The notes: generated from the sequence alone by a model not told the origin. A stretch of 49,907 bases of DNA from Thainema sp. (GCA_052168235.1 JBQLZK010000058.1:1-49907), one strand, 5' to 3'. Positions 18,437 through 30,263 are shown, counted from the first letter of the stretch. Translations and numbers: made by a program.

Positions 18437-21400
18437 TCAAATTGTAGAATCTGAATCGTCAGATGATGAGACCAATAATTCCTGAACCCTAGCCGCCAGT
18501 ATCTTTAGCTTAACGGGCTTGCTCATGTACTCATTCGCCCCGGCCATTAAACAGCGTTCTCGATCTCCTGGCATCGCTAATGCAGTGAGCGCAATAATGG
18601 GTATATTCTTAAGGTTTCGATTACGATCCTGGCGAATTTGCTGAATTGCCTCCAGACCATCCATGCCGGGCATTTGTATGTCCATCAAAATCAGATCTGG
18701 TTTTTCGGCGCGAGTTATGGCTACAGCGTCTGCACCATTACGGGCAACGATGAGCCGATAGCCTTTAGCTGCCAAGTAGCTTGTGGTGGTTTCGATGTTG
18801 GTTTCGTTATCTTCGGCCAGTAAGACCACGGCAGATCTGCTATCCGCAGAGGATGATGGCCGCGGCAGTGATGAGACGGCATCAGGCTTCTGGTTGTGCT
18901 CAAGGTCAGTTTGGGGTTGAGCTACTACAAGCGGCTGAGCCGGTAGCATCACGGTAAAGCAGCTCCCGACACCGACAGTACTGGTACAGCGAATGTCGCC
19001 CCCGTGGAGTTCGACCAGTTGTTTGACCAGAGCCAGACCTAACCCGGTGCCGTCGTACTGGCGGCTGAGGTCGCTTTCAACTTGGGTAAAGGGCTGGAAC
19101 AGGGTGGGAATGTCTGCTGCCGCAATGCCAATGCCAGTATCGGTAACACTGAGGTGAATCCATTCGCCTGCAGTTTGGGCGGCCAGGGTGACCTGCCCCC
19201 CTTCAGGAGTAAATTTCACGGCATTATCAAGCAGATTGACCAATACCTGACGCAGACGGCGGGCATCACCCCACAGGTCGGGGATATCGGTAGCGAGATC
19301 GAGATGGAGGACAATCTGTTTTTTCTGGGCCTGCTGGGTCACCAGATCCAGGCTGCGGTGGCACAAGTCGGATACAGACACAACGATCCAGTTGGGCTCA
19401 AGTTGCCCTGCTTCCACCTTCGCCAGATCGAGAATGTCGTTGATCAGGTTCAGCAGATGGGTGCCGCTTTGTTCAATGGTGATCAGGGCATTGACTTGAC
19501 GATCGGTGACATTCCCTAGAATACCCTCCTGCAGCGTTTCGGTCATGCCCAGAATGGCATTGAGAGGAGTACGTAGCTCATGGCTCATTGCGGCAAGAAA
19601 GCTGCTCTTGGCTTGGTTGGCGGCCTGGGCCTGCTCGTTGGCATAGGCTAGGGCTAGGGCATTTTGCTTTTCTTCGGTGATTTCGTAAGCCACTCCGGCA
19701 ATACCAGAGAGGTTGCCCTCCATATCGGTGAGGGGTTCCAGCTTGAGGTTGAAATAGCGATCGCACTCTTCTTGCTGGAGTCGAAACTGCATCGTCTGCC
19801 GGGTTTGGCTGGTCAGCACCTGCTGCTTCACGTCTATCAATCGTTGCAGATCAGCATCAGGAAAGATCGCTCGATCCGTTTTGTGGAGAAAGTCGGCTTC
19901 GGTGAAGCCAGTAATGGGGTTGTACACCCACTGGTAAACCAAATCCAGATCCTGGGTAAACACCATCAGTTTGGATTGGTCGAGAGTGAGGCGAAACAGC
20001 GACTCGCTTTTAGTCAGGGCACTTTGGGCAATTTTGCGATCGGTAATGTCTATGAGAGAGCCAATACAGATCATTTCTTCTGTAGACAAATCGTCTGTAG
20101 ATAAAGGAGCGAAGCTCATTTTGAGGCGAGCCTCGAACCAGCGGTAAACACCGTCTGCACAGAGTAGACGATATTCATGTTGATAAAGAGTCTGTTGATC
20201 CCACGCCTGTAGCCCCGCCAGCACCCGGTTCAGATCAGCAGGATGGAGGTGATTCAGCCAAAAATCAGGGTTCTGGATAAAGTCATCGGGCGTATAACCC
20301 AGAACATCTTGAACATTGTCGCTGATGGATAAGCAGCGGTAGTTGTCGGCGGGGGCACAGGTGAAAATGATGGCTGGGGATGAGCCCAAAAGGTAATCGA
20401 GACGGGCTTCGTTTTCCACGATAATCTGCTGGGCCTGCTTCAGGGTGGTTACCTCTGTAACCACAACGCCCACCCCTTCAGGCACCGGGTAGTAGCTGGC
20501 AACCCAGTGGCGAATAGTGTTGGGAGCAGCGGGGGTGGTGCCCGTAATCTCGATGTTCATAAGGGGCTCGCCAGTTTCAAAGACCTGCTGATAAATGGGG
20601 AGCAGCGTATCGACCAGATCCGGCAGAATTTCGGGAATGGGACGACCCAGGTGTTGATCTACCGATAGACCGTTAATTTCTGCCATAGTTGGATTAATGC
20701 GGACAAAGCATAGACTATGGTCAACAATTCCCAGCCCAACGGGAGTCATGGCATAGGTGGTTTCCAGCAGATCCAGAGTCTCTGAGAGCTGGCGCTCCGT
20801 TTCTTTTAGCTCATCAATATTGATGAAGGTTATGACCAAGCCATCCATCCTGCCCCGCTGCTGCCGATAGGGATGCACCCGCATCAGCAGGTTTTCCCCG
20901 GTCGTTGTGAGGCGGACTTCCTGTTCCAGCGGACGTTCGGTGTCGAGCACCTGCTGTAGGGGGTCTAGCAGGTTAACGCCCTTCAGGTTGTGAGTCAAGT
21001 GCACCAGGGGACGCTCAATGTCGCTATCCACCAGATTGACGGCGGCGGCAGCGGCTTCGGTAAATTTGCGAATGCCCAGCTCCATGTCGAGAAAAATGAC
21101 GCCGATGTCGGTGCTCTGGAGCAGGTTGTTGAAGTCAGCAGTAAGTTCGGTTAGCTCAGCGATTTTGGCCTGATACTCGGCATTGACCGTATAGAGTTCT
21201 TCTGTTTGGGCCTGAAATTCTTCGTTGGTGCTCTGTAGCTCTTCGTTGGAGGCCAGCAGTTCTTCATTGGTGGCCTGTAGTTCTTCGTTAATGGTTTCCA
21301 GCTCTTCAATAGTGGCCTGCAAACTTTCGCGGCTCTGCTGCAGCTCATGTTCCAGCTCGACAATACGCAGATTGGTGTCTTCAGTGAGCTGGAATGGTTC

Positions 21401-23332
21401 ACTGGCAGCCGGAGTCGGAGAGGGTGAGTTTGGATAGCTATCTTCGAGCACTAGGGTGGCAAACCCATTGGCGTTGGGGCTGCTTTCGGTATAGGTGGCG
21501 GTAATCTGTAGGGTGCGATCGCTCGCGATTGTTCGTGTGGGAATGCCCAAGTAGGTTACGGGTTCCCCGTCGCGGCGGGTGCGGCTGAGGGCCGTGCTGA
21601 CCGGAATCCGAAGATCGGCAGGGAGCATGGCGGTAATTTGCTGGGTCACTTCCCCTTGGGGAACCTGCAGCAGTCGGGCCGCATCCACCACCACATGCAG
21701 CAGGTTTTGCTGATCATCAAGCAGCACACAGGTAGCCTGGCGACTGGCATAAACATTCACTAGGGCCTGCTGAAGTAGTGGGTTCAGTGGTGACGCTGGC
21801 TTTTCTTCAGAGCGGGGTGTACGGGCGGGAGTGACTGTAATTGGGGTAAACCGTCCGGCACCGGACAGGTCTAAGAACGGTAGCCTGATATTGCGCCGCT
21901 TCTGGAAGATCTTCCACTTCTCGTTGATGGGTACGAATTCTTCCTGCAGTTCCCCCAGATTTTCGCATTCCCCTAAAAACAGAATTCCCTTTGCGGCCAG
22001 GGAAAAATGGAGCGTCTGCAGTACCTGCTGTTGACTGTCGGGCCGCATGTAGATCAGCATGTTGCGGCAGCTAATCAGATGCATTTGCGTAAAGCCGGGA
22101 TTGTTGGTCAGATTGTGGGGCGCAAAAATCAAGGTTTCCCGAATGCGGCGCTTCACGTGAAACTGCCCATTGCGCCAGGTAAAGTACTTACGTAATAGAA
22201 GTTTGGGCACATCGTTGGCAATGCCTTCCGGGTAGGCTCCCTGGGCGGCCTGCTGCAGGGCATCCGCATCCACATCGGTAGCAAAAATTTTGATCGGTAA
22301 GCGACGCCCTATTTGTTCCATCAGGTGGTCGATCAAAATCGCCAGGGAGTAAGCCTCTTCGCCAGTGGCGCAGGCGGCTACCCAGGCCCGAAAGGTACTG
22401 TTCTTGGCTGTGCTCAGAGTAGTCAGTAGGTTGGGCAAAATGTTGTATTCCAGATCCTGCCAGGCTTCGCGATCGCGAAAAAAGCGGGTCACGCTGATCA
22501 GATAATCCTGCTTGAGCTGCTGCCGCTCCTCAACGGAGTCGCGCAGATAGTCAAGGTATTCTTCGATGGTGTTGCAGCCCGTCAGGGAATAGCGCAAGTA
22601 GGTGCGACGGCTGAGGGTGGACGCTTTGTAGTAGGAAAAATCCAGATGTTCCGATTCTTCTAGCAGGTCTAGAATTTGCTGCAGGGTAGGAGGCTCGATC
22701 ATGGGAGCTGTACGGTTGCCTGCCACGGGATAGCCTTGCCTTGCCTGCAGGGTAAATTCGTAGACCAAACGAGCCAGCTCATCAGGCGGAAAGGCTCGGG
22801 CAACGACACCTGTGTCGAGGGCATTGTGGGGCATGTCTGGAATTTCAGCGGTAGCGGGGTCTTGCACTAAAGGTAGCCCTCCTGACGTTCGAATGGCCTG
22901 TAGTCCCTGACTGCCGTCATCCCCTCCCCCTGACAGCACAATGCCAACGGCCCGCTTGCCACAGTCGCTCGCCAGGGATGCAAAAAACAGGTCAATGGGC
23001 AGGTTGATCTGCGATCGCGGTCTTGGCGGTTGATCCATCAGGTATAGCCGTCCGGACTGAATCACCAAATTTTGTCCCGGCGGTATCAGGTACACCTGGT
23101 TAGGCTGTAGCGTCATTCCGCCGATCACTCGCTGAACCGTCATATTGGTGTGGGGTTGCAGCAGCTCTTGCATTAGGCTCTCAAAGTTGGGCGATAGATG
23201 CTGCACGACCACAAAGGCAGCCCCACTGTCGCTGGGCATCGCGGCAAAAAACTGCTCTAGTGCTTTGAGGCCGCCAGCCGAGGCTCCTAAGCCAACGACA
23301 ATCATTTGAGAGTTTTGAACGTTTTGGGCCAT
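18437..23332 (-). CDS. CheB-CheR fusion with PAS domains, histidine kinase and receiver
   Basis: CheB motifs GASAGG, VQHL, GDDG. CheR motifs [24 protein letters not shown]. Coiled coil, PAS domains, SHELRTPL, G boxes GTGLGL, REC. ATG 23332 preferred. Confidence 0.93.
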   Translation of the reverse strand: MAQNVQNSQMIVVGLGASAGGLKALEQFFAAMPSDSGAAFVVVQHLSPNFESLMQELLQPHTNMTVQRVIGGMTLQPNQVYLIPPGQNLVIQSGRLYLMDQPPRPRSQINLPIDLFFASLASDCGKRAVGIVLSGGGDDGSQGLQAIRTSGGLPLVQDPATAEIPDMPHNALDTGVVARAFPPDELARLVYEFTLQARQGYPVAGNRTAPMIEPPTLQQILDLLEESEHLDFSYYKASTLSRRTYLRYSLTGCNTIEEYLDYLRDSVEERQQLKQDYLISVTRFFRDREAWQDLEYNILPNLLTTLSTAKNSTFRAWVAACATGEEAYSLAILIDHLMEQIGRRLPIKIFATDVDADALQQAAQGAYPEGIANDVPKLLLRKYFTWRNGQFHVKRRIRETLIFAPHNLTNNPGFTQMHLISCRNMLIYMRPDSQQQVLQTLHFSLAAKGILFLGECENLGELQEEFVPINEKWKIFQKRRNIRLPFLDLSGAGRFTPITVTPARTPRSEEKPASPLNPLLQQALVNVYASRQATCVLLDDQQNLLHVVVDAARLLQVPQGEVTQQITAMLPADLRIPVSTALSRTRRDGEPVTYLGIPTRTIASDRTLQITATYTESSPNANGFATLVLEDSYPNSPSPTPAASEPFQLTEDTNLRIVELEHELQQSRESLQATIEELETINEELQATNEELLASNEELQSTNEEFQAQTEELYTVNAEYQAKIAELTELTADFNNLLQSTDIGVIFLDMELGIRKFTEAAAAAVNLVDSDIERPLVHLTHNLKGVNLLDPLQQVLDTERPLEQEVRLTTTGENLLMRVHPYRQQRGRMDGLVITFINIDELKETERQLSETLDLLETTYAMTPVGLGIVDHSLCFVRINPTMAEINGLSVDQHLGRPIPEILPDLVDTLLPIYQQVFETGEPLMNIEITGTTPAAPNTIRHWVASYYPVPEGVGVVVTEVTTLKQAQQIIVENEARLDYLLGSSPAIIFTCAPADNYRCLSISDNVQDVLGYTPDDFIQNPDFWLNHLHPADLNRVLAGLQAWDQQTLYQHEYRLLCADGVYRWFEARLKMSFAPLSTDDLSTEEMICIGSLIDITDRKIAQSALTKSESLFRLTLDQSKLMVFTQDLDLVYQWVYNPITGFTEADFLHKTDRAIFPDADLQRLIDVKQQVLTSQTRQTMQFRLQQEECDRYFNLKLEPLTDMEGNLSGIAGVAYEITEEKQNALALAYANEQAQAANQAKSSFLAAMSHELRTPLNAILGMTETLQEGILGNVTDRQVNALITIEQSGTHLLNLINDILDLAKVEAGQLEPNWIVVSVSDLCHRSLDLVTQQAQKKQIVLHLDLATDIPDLWGDARRLRQVLVNLLDNAVKFTPEGGQVTLAAQTAGEWIHLSVTDTGIGIAAADIPTLFQPFTQVESDLSRQYDGTGLGLALVKQLVELHGGDIRCTSTVGVGSCFTVMLPAQPLVVAQPQTDLEHNQKPDAVSSLPRPSSSADSRSAVVLLAEDNETNIETTTSYLAAKGYRLIVARNGADAVAITRAEKPDLILMDIQMPGMDGLEAIQQIRQDRNRNLKNIPIIALTALAMPGDRERCLMAGANEYMSKPVKLKILAARVQELLVSSSDDSDSTI

Positions 23333-23405
23333 ATGACAACTAAAAAGAACAAGAACGCAAGAAACGCCAGGGCGCAAGGACAGCAGCAGAGATTGAGGTT
23401 TCCGC

Positions 23406-26400
23406 CTATTCCATTGCTGGTTTTGTCAGTAAAGTTTGAATGACATGATGCAGATGTTTCAGCCGAATCGGCTTGCTGATGTACTCATTGGCTCCGGCAG
23501 ACAAACAGCGATCGCAATCGTCGGGCATGGCCAAAGCCGTCAGCGCCACGATGGGAACAGTGGCCAGATCCGGATGTTGGCGAATTTGGCGGATCGCCTC
23601 CAGACCATTCAGTTGGGGCATCTGAATATCCATCACAATTAGGTCTGGAAGGGCAGAATTGGCTAATTGCAAAGCTTCATGGCCGTTCCTAGCTACGATC
23701 AGCTGATAGCCCTTGGCGCTTAAGTAGGCAGTCGTCGTATTGATATTAGCTTCGTTATCTTCGGCCAGTAAGATCAGGTAATCAGACGCAGCATCTATCG
23801 ACAGATCAGCCTCTCTAGAATGAGCTGTTTCTGCCTGAGAGAATGGCACTGAAGCCGCCATCGTCACGGGCAACCACAACGTAAAGCAGCTGCCAACTCC
23901 CACTTCACTGCTTAGTTCAACCTCGCCGCCGTGTAGTTCAGTAATGCGCTTCACCAAAGCGAGTCCTAATCCAGTGCCCTCGTGCTGCCGATTCAGGGCA
24001 CTATCGACCTGCATAAAGGGTTGAAACAGCTTTTTAGCTTGTTCGGGACTGATGCCAATGCCTGTATCCGCAACGGCAATTGAAAGGATACCTGTCGTTG
24101 CTGACGGTGCTGCCTGGGGATGAAGCAGCCGTCGTTCAATGGATACGCCCTCCGAATTGAGCGGCCTGTAGGAGGTCGTGATGGTAATACATCCTGTCTC
24201 AGGCGTGAATTTCACAGCGTTGGTTAACAGGTTGATCAGTACCTGGCGCAGGCGACGTTCATCTCCATACAGATCCGGCAAGCCATTAGGCATTTGCGTT
24301 TCCAGCCGGAGTCGTTTTTTGTTGGCCTGCTGCTTAACAAAGGACAGGCTCGACTGACAGAGATAATTTACATTGACCGAAGTGTAATCCAGTTCAAACT
24401 GGCCCGCTTCGATTTTGGCCACGTCTAGAATGTCGTTGATCAAGGATAGTAAGTGGGTGCCGCTACGCTCAATGGTTTTGAGTGGCTTCTGTTGCCGATC
24501 GCTAATCGGGCCAAATACTTCATCTTGCAGCCCCTCAGCCATCCCCAAAATAGCATTGAGGGGGGTGCGCAGTTCATGGCTCATATTGGCTAAAAACTCA
24601 TCCTTGAGACGAGTCGCGCGCATTAGCTCTTGGTTGGCAATTTCCAGCCTTTGGTTGCTTTCGATTAGATCTTGTTGGATCTGTTGTCGTTCGCTTAATT
24701 CTTGCTGCAGCTGGGTAAACAATCCAGCTTGCTGAATTGCGATCGCAAGTTTGTTAGCAATTTGCTGAAGCAGTTCCGCTTCCGACTCCTGCCACATTCG
24801 CTGTTCACGGCAGGCATGAGCGACAATAATGCCCCACAGCTGATTGTGGTGATGGGAAGCCACCCAACGATGGTTTTCTTGACCATGAGCCTCTTGCAAA
24901 ATGGGGGCCACTATCTTGGACTGAATGTGACCTGCTTGGGAATAGTCCACTAGGCAGTCTGTCCAGACATCGTTCATCACGTCGGATACAATTCGAGGCT
25001 GTCCCTGCCAGTAGGTCTCTAGAATGTCTGGTGACCACACCTCATCGTCCCACTGTTGACCTTTAAGGCTGGCAAACTCTGGGGCAACAGCTTCTTCCAC
25101 AATGCGGCTGTGACCGTCCGGGAAGAGGCGGAAAATAATCACCCGGTCGCACCGCAACAGATCTTTTACCTGCTGAGTCACCGTAGCTAAAATGTGATCG
25201 ATATCAAGTGACGCACGAATGGTTTCGGTCAGGATGGCGAACGTGCGTTGTTGCTGGAGCTGTTGAATAATCTGGGCTTCAACCTGCTGCCGCACCTGTA
25301 GCTCTACCTGAAGACGGCGATACAGGTTGGCCTGATTAATCGCGATCTCTAGCTGATGGGCAATCTGTTGGGTCAGTTCAATGTCTGAAGTTCGCCAAGT
25401 GTATGAGCCGCTGCACTGATGGACACAGAGCAATCCCCAGAGAACCCGATCTCCTCTGATGAGCGGCACAACCAAGTTAGCCCGCACCTGAAACTGACGC
25501 AAAATATCACTGTGGCAAGGTGAGAGATCGCTCGACTCAATATCGGCAGTGGCATAGTAGCGACCCTGGACATAGAGAGTCGCAAAGTCTTGGCCAAAGC
25601 AGTGGTCATGCACTGGGATAGACACGATCGAAGGGTAATCAGCCACCATCGACTCGGCGATAAACTCGCCATCCGTGAAGCTTGTTTCGGAATAAAACTT
25701 AAAAATGGCAACCCGATCGACCTGAAGGGTTTGACGCACTTCATTACAGGCTGTGTTAAAGACGGTCGTTAACTCCAAGGATTGCCGAATCCGATCCGTC
25801 ACTTGCCGCAGCAACGCTTCTTGCTGAAATTGCCGCTGTAACATGCTTTCAGCTTTGAGGCGCTGGCGAATATCAACAACAGTGGTACGACTGCCTATCC
25901 GATTGCCGTGAGCATCTGTTTGCAACTGTTCACTAAACAGGACTTCGATGTGACCCCCATCGCTGCCTAGCAGTGTGACCTGATACTGCATGGTTTTAGT
26001 TTGTCGTGACTGGTTGAGCATGGCCCAACGTTCGGCAAACACAGCGCGGCTCGCTTGAGTTAAGAACTGAGTGATGGGCTGACCTACCACTGCTTCGCGC
26101 GGATAGCCCAGCCATACCAGTTCGGTATTGTTGATGCGGGTAATTCGTCCACTAGTATCTAAGGAATGGTAGCCGCAGGGCGCATTGTTGTATAGATCTT
26201 CAACCTCATTTGCATAGGCTTCTAGGGCCAAGGCTTGTCGTTTGCGATCGCTAATATCTTTCGCGGTTCCCAAAACGCCAATAATGTTGCCCTCGGCATC
26301 GCAGAACGGGACTTTGTTAATCTCTAACCAAAGCTCAACCCCCGTGGTCGTGATCAGGTGCTGAGCAATGTTGAGACAGGCTTCTCCCGTAGCAATGATC

Positions 26401-28391
26401 TGGCGGTCTTCGGCTTGAATGATCTCTACCACATCTGGTGGCCAAATCAGCTCAGCATCGGTTCGGTTCACCAGGTCAGTAGCCGTGACCCCAAATATGG
26501 ACTCAATTTTGGAGTTTGCCCCTTGATAGACTCCCTTCCGGTCTTTCCAAAAAATAGCAATGGGCACCGTCTCTAGAACGGTTTGCAGTAAAGTTTGGGA
26601 AGCCTGCAACGCTCGTTCAGCGGCTTTGCGATCGCTAATATCTTCGCAGACACAGATAACCAACTCATCCTCGGTCAGCGTCAGCGATAGCCATTGGTCA
26701 AAGGTGCTGCCATCCTGCCGGGTTGCGAGGACATCTCCGCTCCAGGCACCATCACGCGCCAGTATCGGCATGATCTCCTGTTCAAAGCGAGCCAGTTCTG
26801 TCGGCCCATAAAGCACTGTCCAGGGCTGCCCAATCAGTTCTGCGGCCTGGGTATAGCCAAACAGTTCTAGATGGGCCCGGTTCAAATATAGGAACGCATT
26901 ATTTTGCGTAATGGCGATGCCATCAACGGCGGCTTCAATCGCCGCTAATTGTCGTGTGAGCCGAGACTCAATTTCTTTCAGATCGGTGATATCGGTAGAC
27001 ATCCCACAGAGCGCATAAGCCTCACCCTGGTCATCTCGTAGTAAAAACTTATTGGATAAAAATACTCGTTCCTCACCATTAACCCACACGATTTCCTCGA
27101 ACTGCTGCACCCCTCCTTGGGACAGCAGTAACCGATCGTTTGCCCGAAAGGCATCGGCAATATCGGGCGGGAAAACCTCATAAATTGTCTTGCCAAGAAT
27201 CTCTGCTGGCGTACAGCCAAATAAATCCAGAAACGTTTGATTGACAAAAATGTAGTGCCCGTCCAAATTTTCGACGTAAATCTTGGCAGGAGAGTGGTTG
27301 AGAACAGACTGTAGCTCAGCTTGGCTTTGCCGGAGTTCTGCGGTGCGCTCTGCAACTTTCTGCTCCAGGGTGCGATTTAAATCCTGTAGGGTAAGTTCAG
27401 CCTGCTTGCGATCGTGGATATCGGTAGACAGGCCAAACCATTGCCCGTCCTGTTCCGGCTGAACACAAACGGCTTGCACCAGATGCCAGCGATAAACGCC
27501 ATCGGCCCGACGCAATCGATACTCCGTTTCGTAGGCCATCCCGCTTTGTACGGACTGCATCCAGCGGGTATGAACCCGCTCCGCATCTTCTGGGTGAATC
27601 ACCCTTTGCCAATCCAAATTGAGCAACTGTTCGGCTGGCAGGCCAATGTATCGACACATTTGCGGACTGGCATAGGTATTCTGTCCGTCAGCATCGGCAT
27701 TCCAGATCAGGTAAGGCGAAAGTTCAATGAGTTGACGATAACGTTCTTCACTCTGACGGAGCGCTTGCTCAGCTCGGATTCGGTCGGTGATATCCTGAGC
27801 CATCACCAATTCAGCCCGTCGCCCTTCAAACTCTAGGGCATAGGACACAATCTCCACTTGAATGATCTGACCATCCTTTAGACAATGCTGCCAGGTGCCA
27901 GCCAAGTCCAGCCCTGAGTCAACCTGAGCCACATTTGCCAACAGTCGGGGCATGTCTTCTGGAGGGCGAATGTCGGCGATGGTCATCGCCAAAAATTCCC
28001 CTCTGGAATAGCCATATTTGACCACCGCTGCATCATTGACCGCTAGAAACCGTAGCGTTTCCAGGTCATACACCCACATAGGCTGGGGATTGCAGTCAAA
28101 CAGGTGCCGATAGGTGACCTCTTGCGCCTCCAAGGTCTGTCGAAACGGGCGATTTTCCTGGGCAACGGGCTGGAGATCTTGCTCAACAAGTGGTTCAGTT
28201 GGTTGGCGCTGTAGTCGATTGGTTTGGCCTTCGAGCTGGGCAATCTGTTGCTGCTGTTGCTCAAGCTGCCCTTGCAGCCGGGCCTGAGTCTGGTGAGCGG
28301 CATTGCGCTCAGTAGCGAGCTGTTGAGACAGTTGCTGTATTTGTGCTTGGGCCGCTTCTAGTTGCTGTTGTATGCTTTGTTCTTGGGTCAT
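23406..28391 (-). CDS. Multi-PAS, tandem cyanobacteriochrome-GAF hybrid histidine kinase
   Basis: About six PAS domains. GAF1 has DHCF and PCH; GAF2 has DEVW...[13 protein letters not shown], HATPase and REC follow. ATG 28391 preferred. Confidence 0.92.
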   Translation of the reverse strand: MTQEQSIQQQLEAAQAQIQQLSQQLATERNAAHQTQARLQGQLEQQQQQIAQLEGQTNRLQRQPTEPLVEQDLQPVAQENRPFRQTLEAQEVTYRHLFDCNPQPMWVYDLETLRFLAVNDAAVVKYGYSRGEFLAMTIADIRPPEDMPRLLANVAQVDSGLDLAGTWQHCLKDGQIIQVEIVSYALEFEGRRAELVMAQDITDRIRAEQALRQSEERYRQLIELSPYLIWNADADGQNTYASPQMCRYIGLPAEQLLNLDWQRVIHPEDAERVHTRWMQSVQSGMAYETEYRLRRADGVYRWHLVQAVCVQPEQDGQWFGLSTDIHDRKQAELTLQDLNRTLEQKVAERTAELRQSQAELQSVLNHSPAKIYVENLDGHYIFVNQTFLDLFGCTPAEILGKTIYEVFPPDIADAFRANDRLLLSQGGVQQFEEIVWVNGEERVFLSNKFLLRDDQGEAYALCGMSTDITDLKEIESRLTRQLAAIEAAVDGIAITQNNAFLYLNRAHLELFGYTQAAELIGQPWTVLYGPTELARFEQEIMPILARDGAWSGDVLATRQDGSTFDQWLSLTLTEDELVICVCEDISDRKAAERALQASQTLLQTVLETVPIAIFWKDRKGVYQGANSKIESIFGVTATDLVNRTDAELIWPPDVVEIIQAEDRQIIATGEACLNIAQHLITTTGVELWLEINKVPFCDAEGNIIGVLGTAKDISDRKRQALALEAYANEVEDLYNNAPCGYHSLDTSGRITRINNTELVWLGYPREAVVGQPITQFLTQASRAVFAERWAMLNQSRQTKTMQYQVTLLGSDGGHIEVLFSEQLQTDAHGNRIGSRTTVVDIRQRLKAESMLQRQFQQEALLRQVTDRIRQSLELTTVFNTACNEVRQTLQVDRVAIFKFYSETSFTDGEFIAESMVADYPSIVSIPVHDHCFGQDFATLYVQGRYYATADIESSDLSPCHSDILRQFQVRANLVVPLIRGDRVLWGLLCVHQCSGSYTWRTSDIELTQQIAHQLEIAINQANLYRRLQVELQVRQQVEAQIIQQLQQQRTFAILTETIRASLDIDHILATVTQQVKDLLRCDRVIIFRLFPDGHSRIVEEAVAPEFASLKGQQWDDEVWSPDILETYWQGQPRIVSDVMNDVWTDCLVDYSQAGHIQSKIVAPILQEAHGQENHRWVASHHHNQLWGIIVAHACREQRMWQESEAELLQQIANKLAIAIQQAGLFTQLQQELSERQQIQQDLIESNQRLEIANQELMRATRLKDEFLANMSHELRTPLNAILGMAEGLQDEVFGPISDRQQKPLKTIERSGTHLLSLINDILDVAKIEAGQFELDYTSVNVNYLCQSSLSFVKQQANKKRLRLETQMPNGLPDLYGDERRLRQVLINLLTNAVKFTPETGCITITTSYRPLNSEGVSIERRLLHPQAAPSATTGILSIAVADTGIGISPEQAKKLFQPFMQVDSALNRQHEGTGLGLALVKRITELHGGEVELSSEVGVGSCFTLWLPVTMAASVPFSQAETAHSREADLSIDAASDYLILLAEDNEANINTTTAYLSAKGYQLIVARNGHEALQLANSALPDLIVMDIQMPQLNGLEAIRQIRQHPDLATVPIVALTALAMPDDCDRCLSAGANEYISKPIRLKHLHHVIQTLLTKPAME

Positions 28392-28560
28392 CTGAATCGT
28401 CTTCCTCCCCAATCCTATACTCTGCAGCAGTAAGTTCTGTAGAGAGCTTGAACAGCAACCCTCTGCCCTAACCTAAGTCTTCCCATCGTTTCGAAGCGGC
28501 TTTTTCTAGAAAAATTAAATTTCTTGACTGGAAACCCCAGCAATCTAAAAGGAGAATATC

Positions 28561-28932
28561 TTGAAAGTTCTTGCGATTGGCGCAACTGGTTTTGTTGGTT
28601 CACATGTGACTCGTTACCTGATAATGCAGGGGCATCAAGTTGCTGTTTTTCATCGGGGTCGTATCCGTGCCGAGGAACTCGATTCCGTTGTGCATATCTA
28701 TGGCGATCGCACTGAGTTATCCAATTTTGAGGCTGAATTTAAGCAATTTGCGCCCGATGTTGTTCTAGACGTTATTCCTTTTACCCAACAGCAGGCGCAA
28801 AACTTGCTTCAGGTGTTTGGTGGTTATGTCCAGCGCATTGTTGCCGTTAGTAGTGGAGATGTTTACCGCAACTATGAGGGATTGAACGGTCGAGGGAGCC
28901 ATCCTCCTGATCCCGTTCCCCTGGCAGAATAG
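28561..28932 (+). pseudogene. Truncated NAD-dependent epimerase/dehydratase (N-terminal part only)
   Basis: GATGFVG Rossmann motif and SSGDVY, then a stop at 123 aa before the catalytic YxxxK. No continuation is visible. Confidence 0.75.
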
Positions 28933-29059
28933 GATACAGTGAACCAGTTGCTTACAAGGCAGCATTGCAACGCGCGATCGCATGGGAGCAAGACAATCGG
29001 GCTTAATCCCTAAGCTTGGATGGAACGAGGCATTTTCTTTTCTTATCTTGTCTTAATTT

Positions 29060-29152
29060 TATAGCGGTTCTAGATAAGAACGAGAGAGGAGAGTGCCTCA
29101 TCATGAAACACTCTTCTCTCTCGTTCTCTCGCTCTTAGCTGGAATCACTATA
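29060..29152. repeat. 93-bp palindromic miniature element, copy 1
   Basis: TATAGCGGTTCTAGATAAGAACGAGAGAGGAGAGTG...CTGGAATCACTATA. Near-identical to 47932-48024, with TATA at both ends. Confidence 0.88.
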
Positions 29153-29169
29153 TCTATAGCCAGTCATCG

Positions 29170-29544
29170 TCATTCGTTTAAGAAGTCGTACAGAATCTCA
29201 TCGGGTTCGTCATCGTCTTCCTCAAAGTCATCCTGCTTAAAAGTAGAGGGCGGAGAGGCAAGAGGCGGTAATTCAGATGTATCAGACTGCAAATGCTTGA
29301 CTAATGAAATGAGGGTTTGCAGTTGATTCTCTAGCCGGGGAATCGCGGCGATCTGTGATTCTAATACTGCCAGTCGTTTACTGATTTCAATGTTGAACTG
29401 GGGATTGGGTTTGCCGAGCAGTCTAGCTATTTCAACATACAGCCACTCTTCAACCGTGAGCTGTTTTTCACTGGCGCGTTGTTCAATGTCAGCAATCCAA
29501 TCGGGCGGTAAGGACAGATTAATCGGGCGGTTACTCGGCAACAT
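29170..29544 (-). CDS. Hypothetical protein (N-terminal RHH-like pattern, acidic tail)
   Basis: INLSLPPDWIADIEQRA, a coiled coil, and a C-terminal DEPDEILYDFL. Confidence 0.65.
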   Translation of the reverse strand: MLPSNRPINLSLPPDWIADIEQRASEKQLTVEEWLYVEIARLLGKPNPQFNIEISKRLAVLESQIAAIPRLENQLQTLISLVKHLQSDTSELPPLASPPSTFKQDDFEEDDDEPDEILYDFLNE

Positions 29545-29605
29545 TAGGTATTGGGTCTATTGATTTGTATCCAGTGATCTGTATCAAGCTTAGTCAATCA
29601 CTATA

Positions 29606-30256
29606 TCAGGCTAATTGATTCGGTTGATTTTCACGAGCAAATAAAGCTAATTGAAGGTGCTGCGGGTGGTCAATGATGATATCAGGGCAGGCTTGCAGCA
29701 GTTGTTGTCGGGACTGGAATCCCCATGTAACGGCGATTGTGTGGACGCCTGCTCCTTTGCCGTGGCGAATATCGCTCATTGCATCACCGACCATATAGGT
29801 TTCTCTGGCATCGTGACCAAATGTGTGCTGCGCTAGCTTGATGCGATCGCGCTTCGGTCCGTACCGAGTGCCATCTAAGATCAACGAGATGGTTGACTCT
29901 AAATGGTGCTGCTGCAGGGTTTGCTCAACGGCGGTGCGAGAGCTAGCCGTGATGATGGTTAAAACATGCTCGCTGGCTAGTTCTGTGAGCCGATCGGCGA
30001 TGCCGGGAAACAGGGTGGGATGATTGGTGGCCTGTCGCTGTAGCTCCCATACGTGATTGACGAAGGTGGGGATGTGGTCAGGCGGAATTTGACATCGTTC
30101 TCCTAGTGCTTCAAACGTCATGTTGGTTAGGGTACGGATGTCTGTGCGGGTGGGTGGACGTCCGCTACCCGTCAATACTTGAGCTTGTAACGCTTGCTGG
30201 TAGAGGATTTCAAATGAATCGACGATGACGCCATCGTAATCAAGGTTGATCAGCAT
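29606..30256 (-). CDS. HAD-family hydrolase (phosphoglycolate phosphatase-like)
   Basis: DYDGVIVDS, GPK and MVGDAMSD motifs. Confidence 0.9.
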   Translation of the reverse strand: MLINLDYDGVIVDSFEILYQQALQAQVLTGSGRPPTRTDIRTLTNMTFEALGERCQIPPDHIPTFVNHVWELQRQATNHPTLFPGIADRLTELASEHVLTIITASSRTAVEQTLQQHHLESTISLILDGTRYGPKRDRIKLAQHTFGHDARETYMVGDAMSDIRHGKGAGVHTIAVTWGFQSRQQLLQACPDIIIDHPQHLQLALFARENQPNQLA

Positions 30257-30263
30257 AGTGATT

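Noticed and set aside
16596..28303. Numerous short alternative-frame and antisense ORFs within the signalling genes
   Set aside because: They are shadows of long, motif-rich CDSs with no independent support.
29093..29326. ORFs starting inside the 93-bp repeat (also the first 26 codons of 47965-48633)
   Set aside because: The N-termini are translations of the repeat, and 29093-29326 is antisense to a better ORF.
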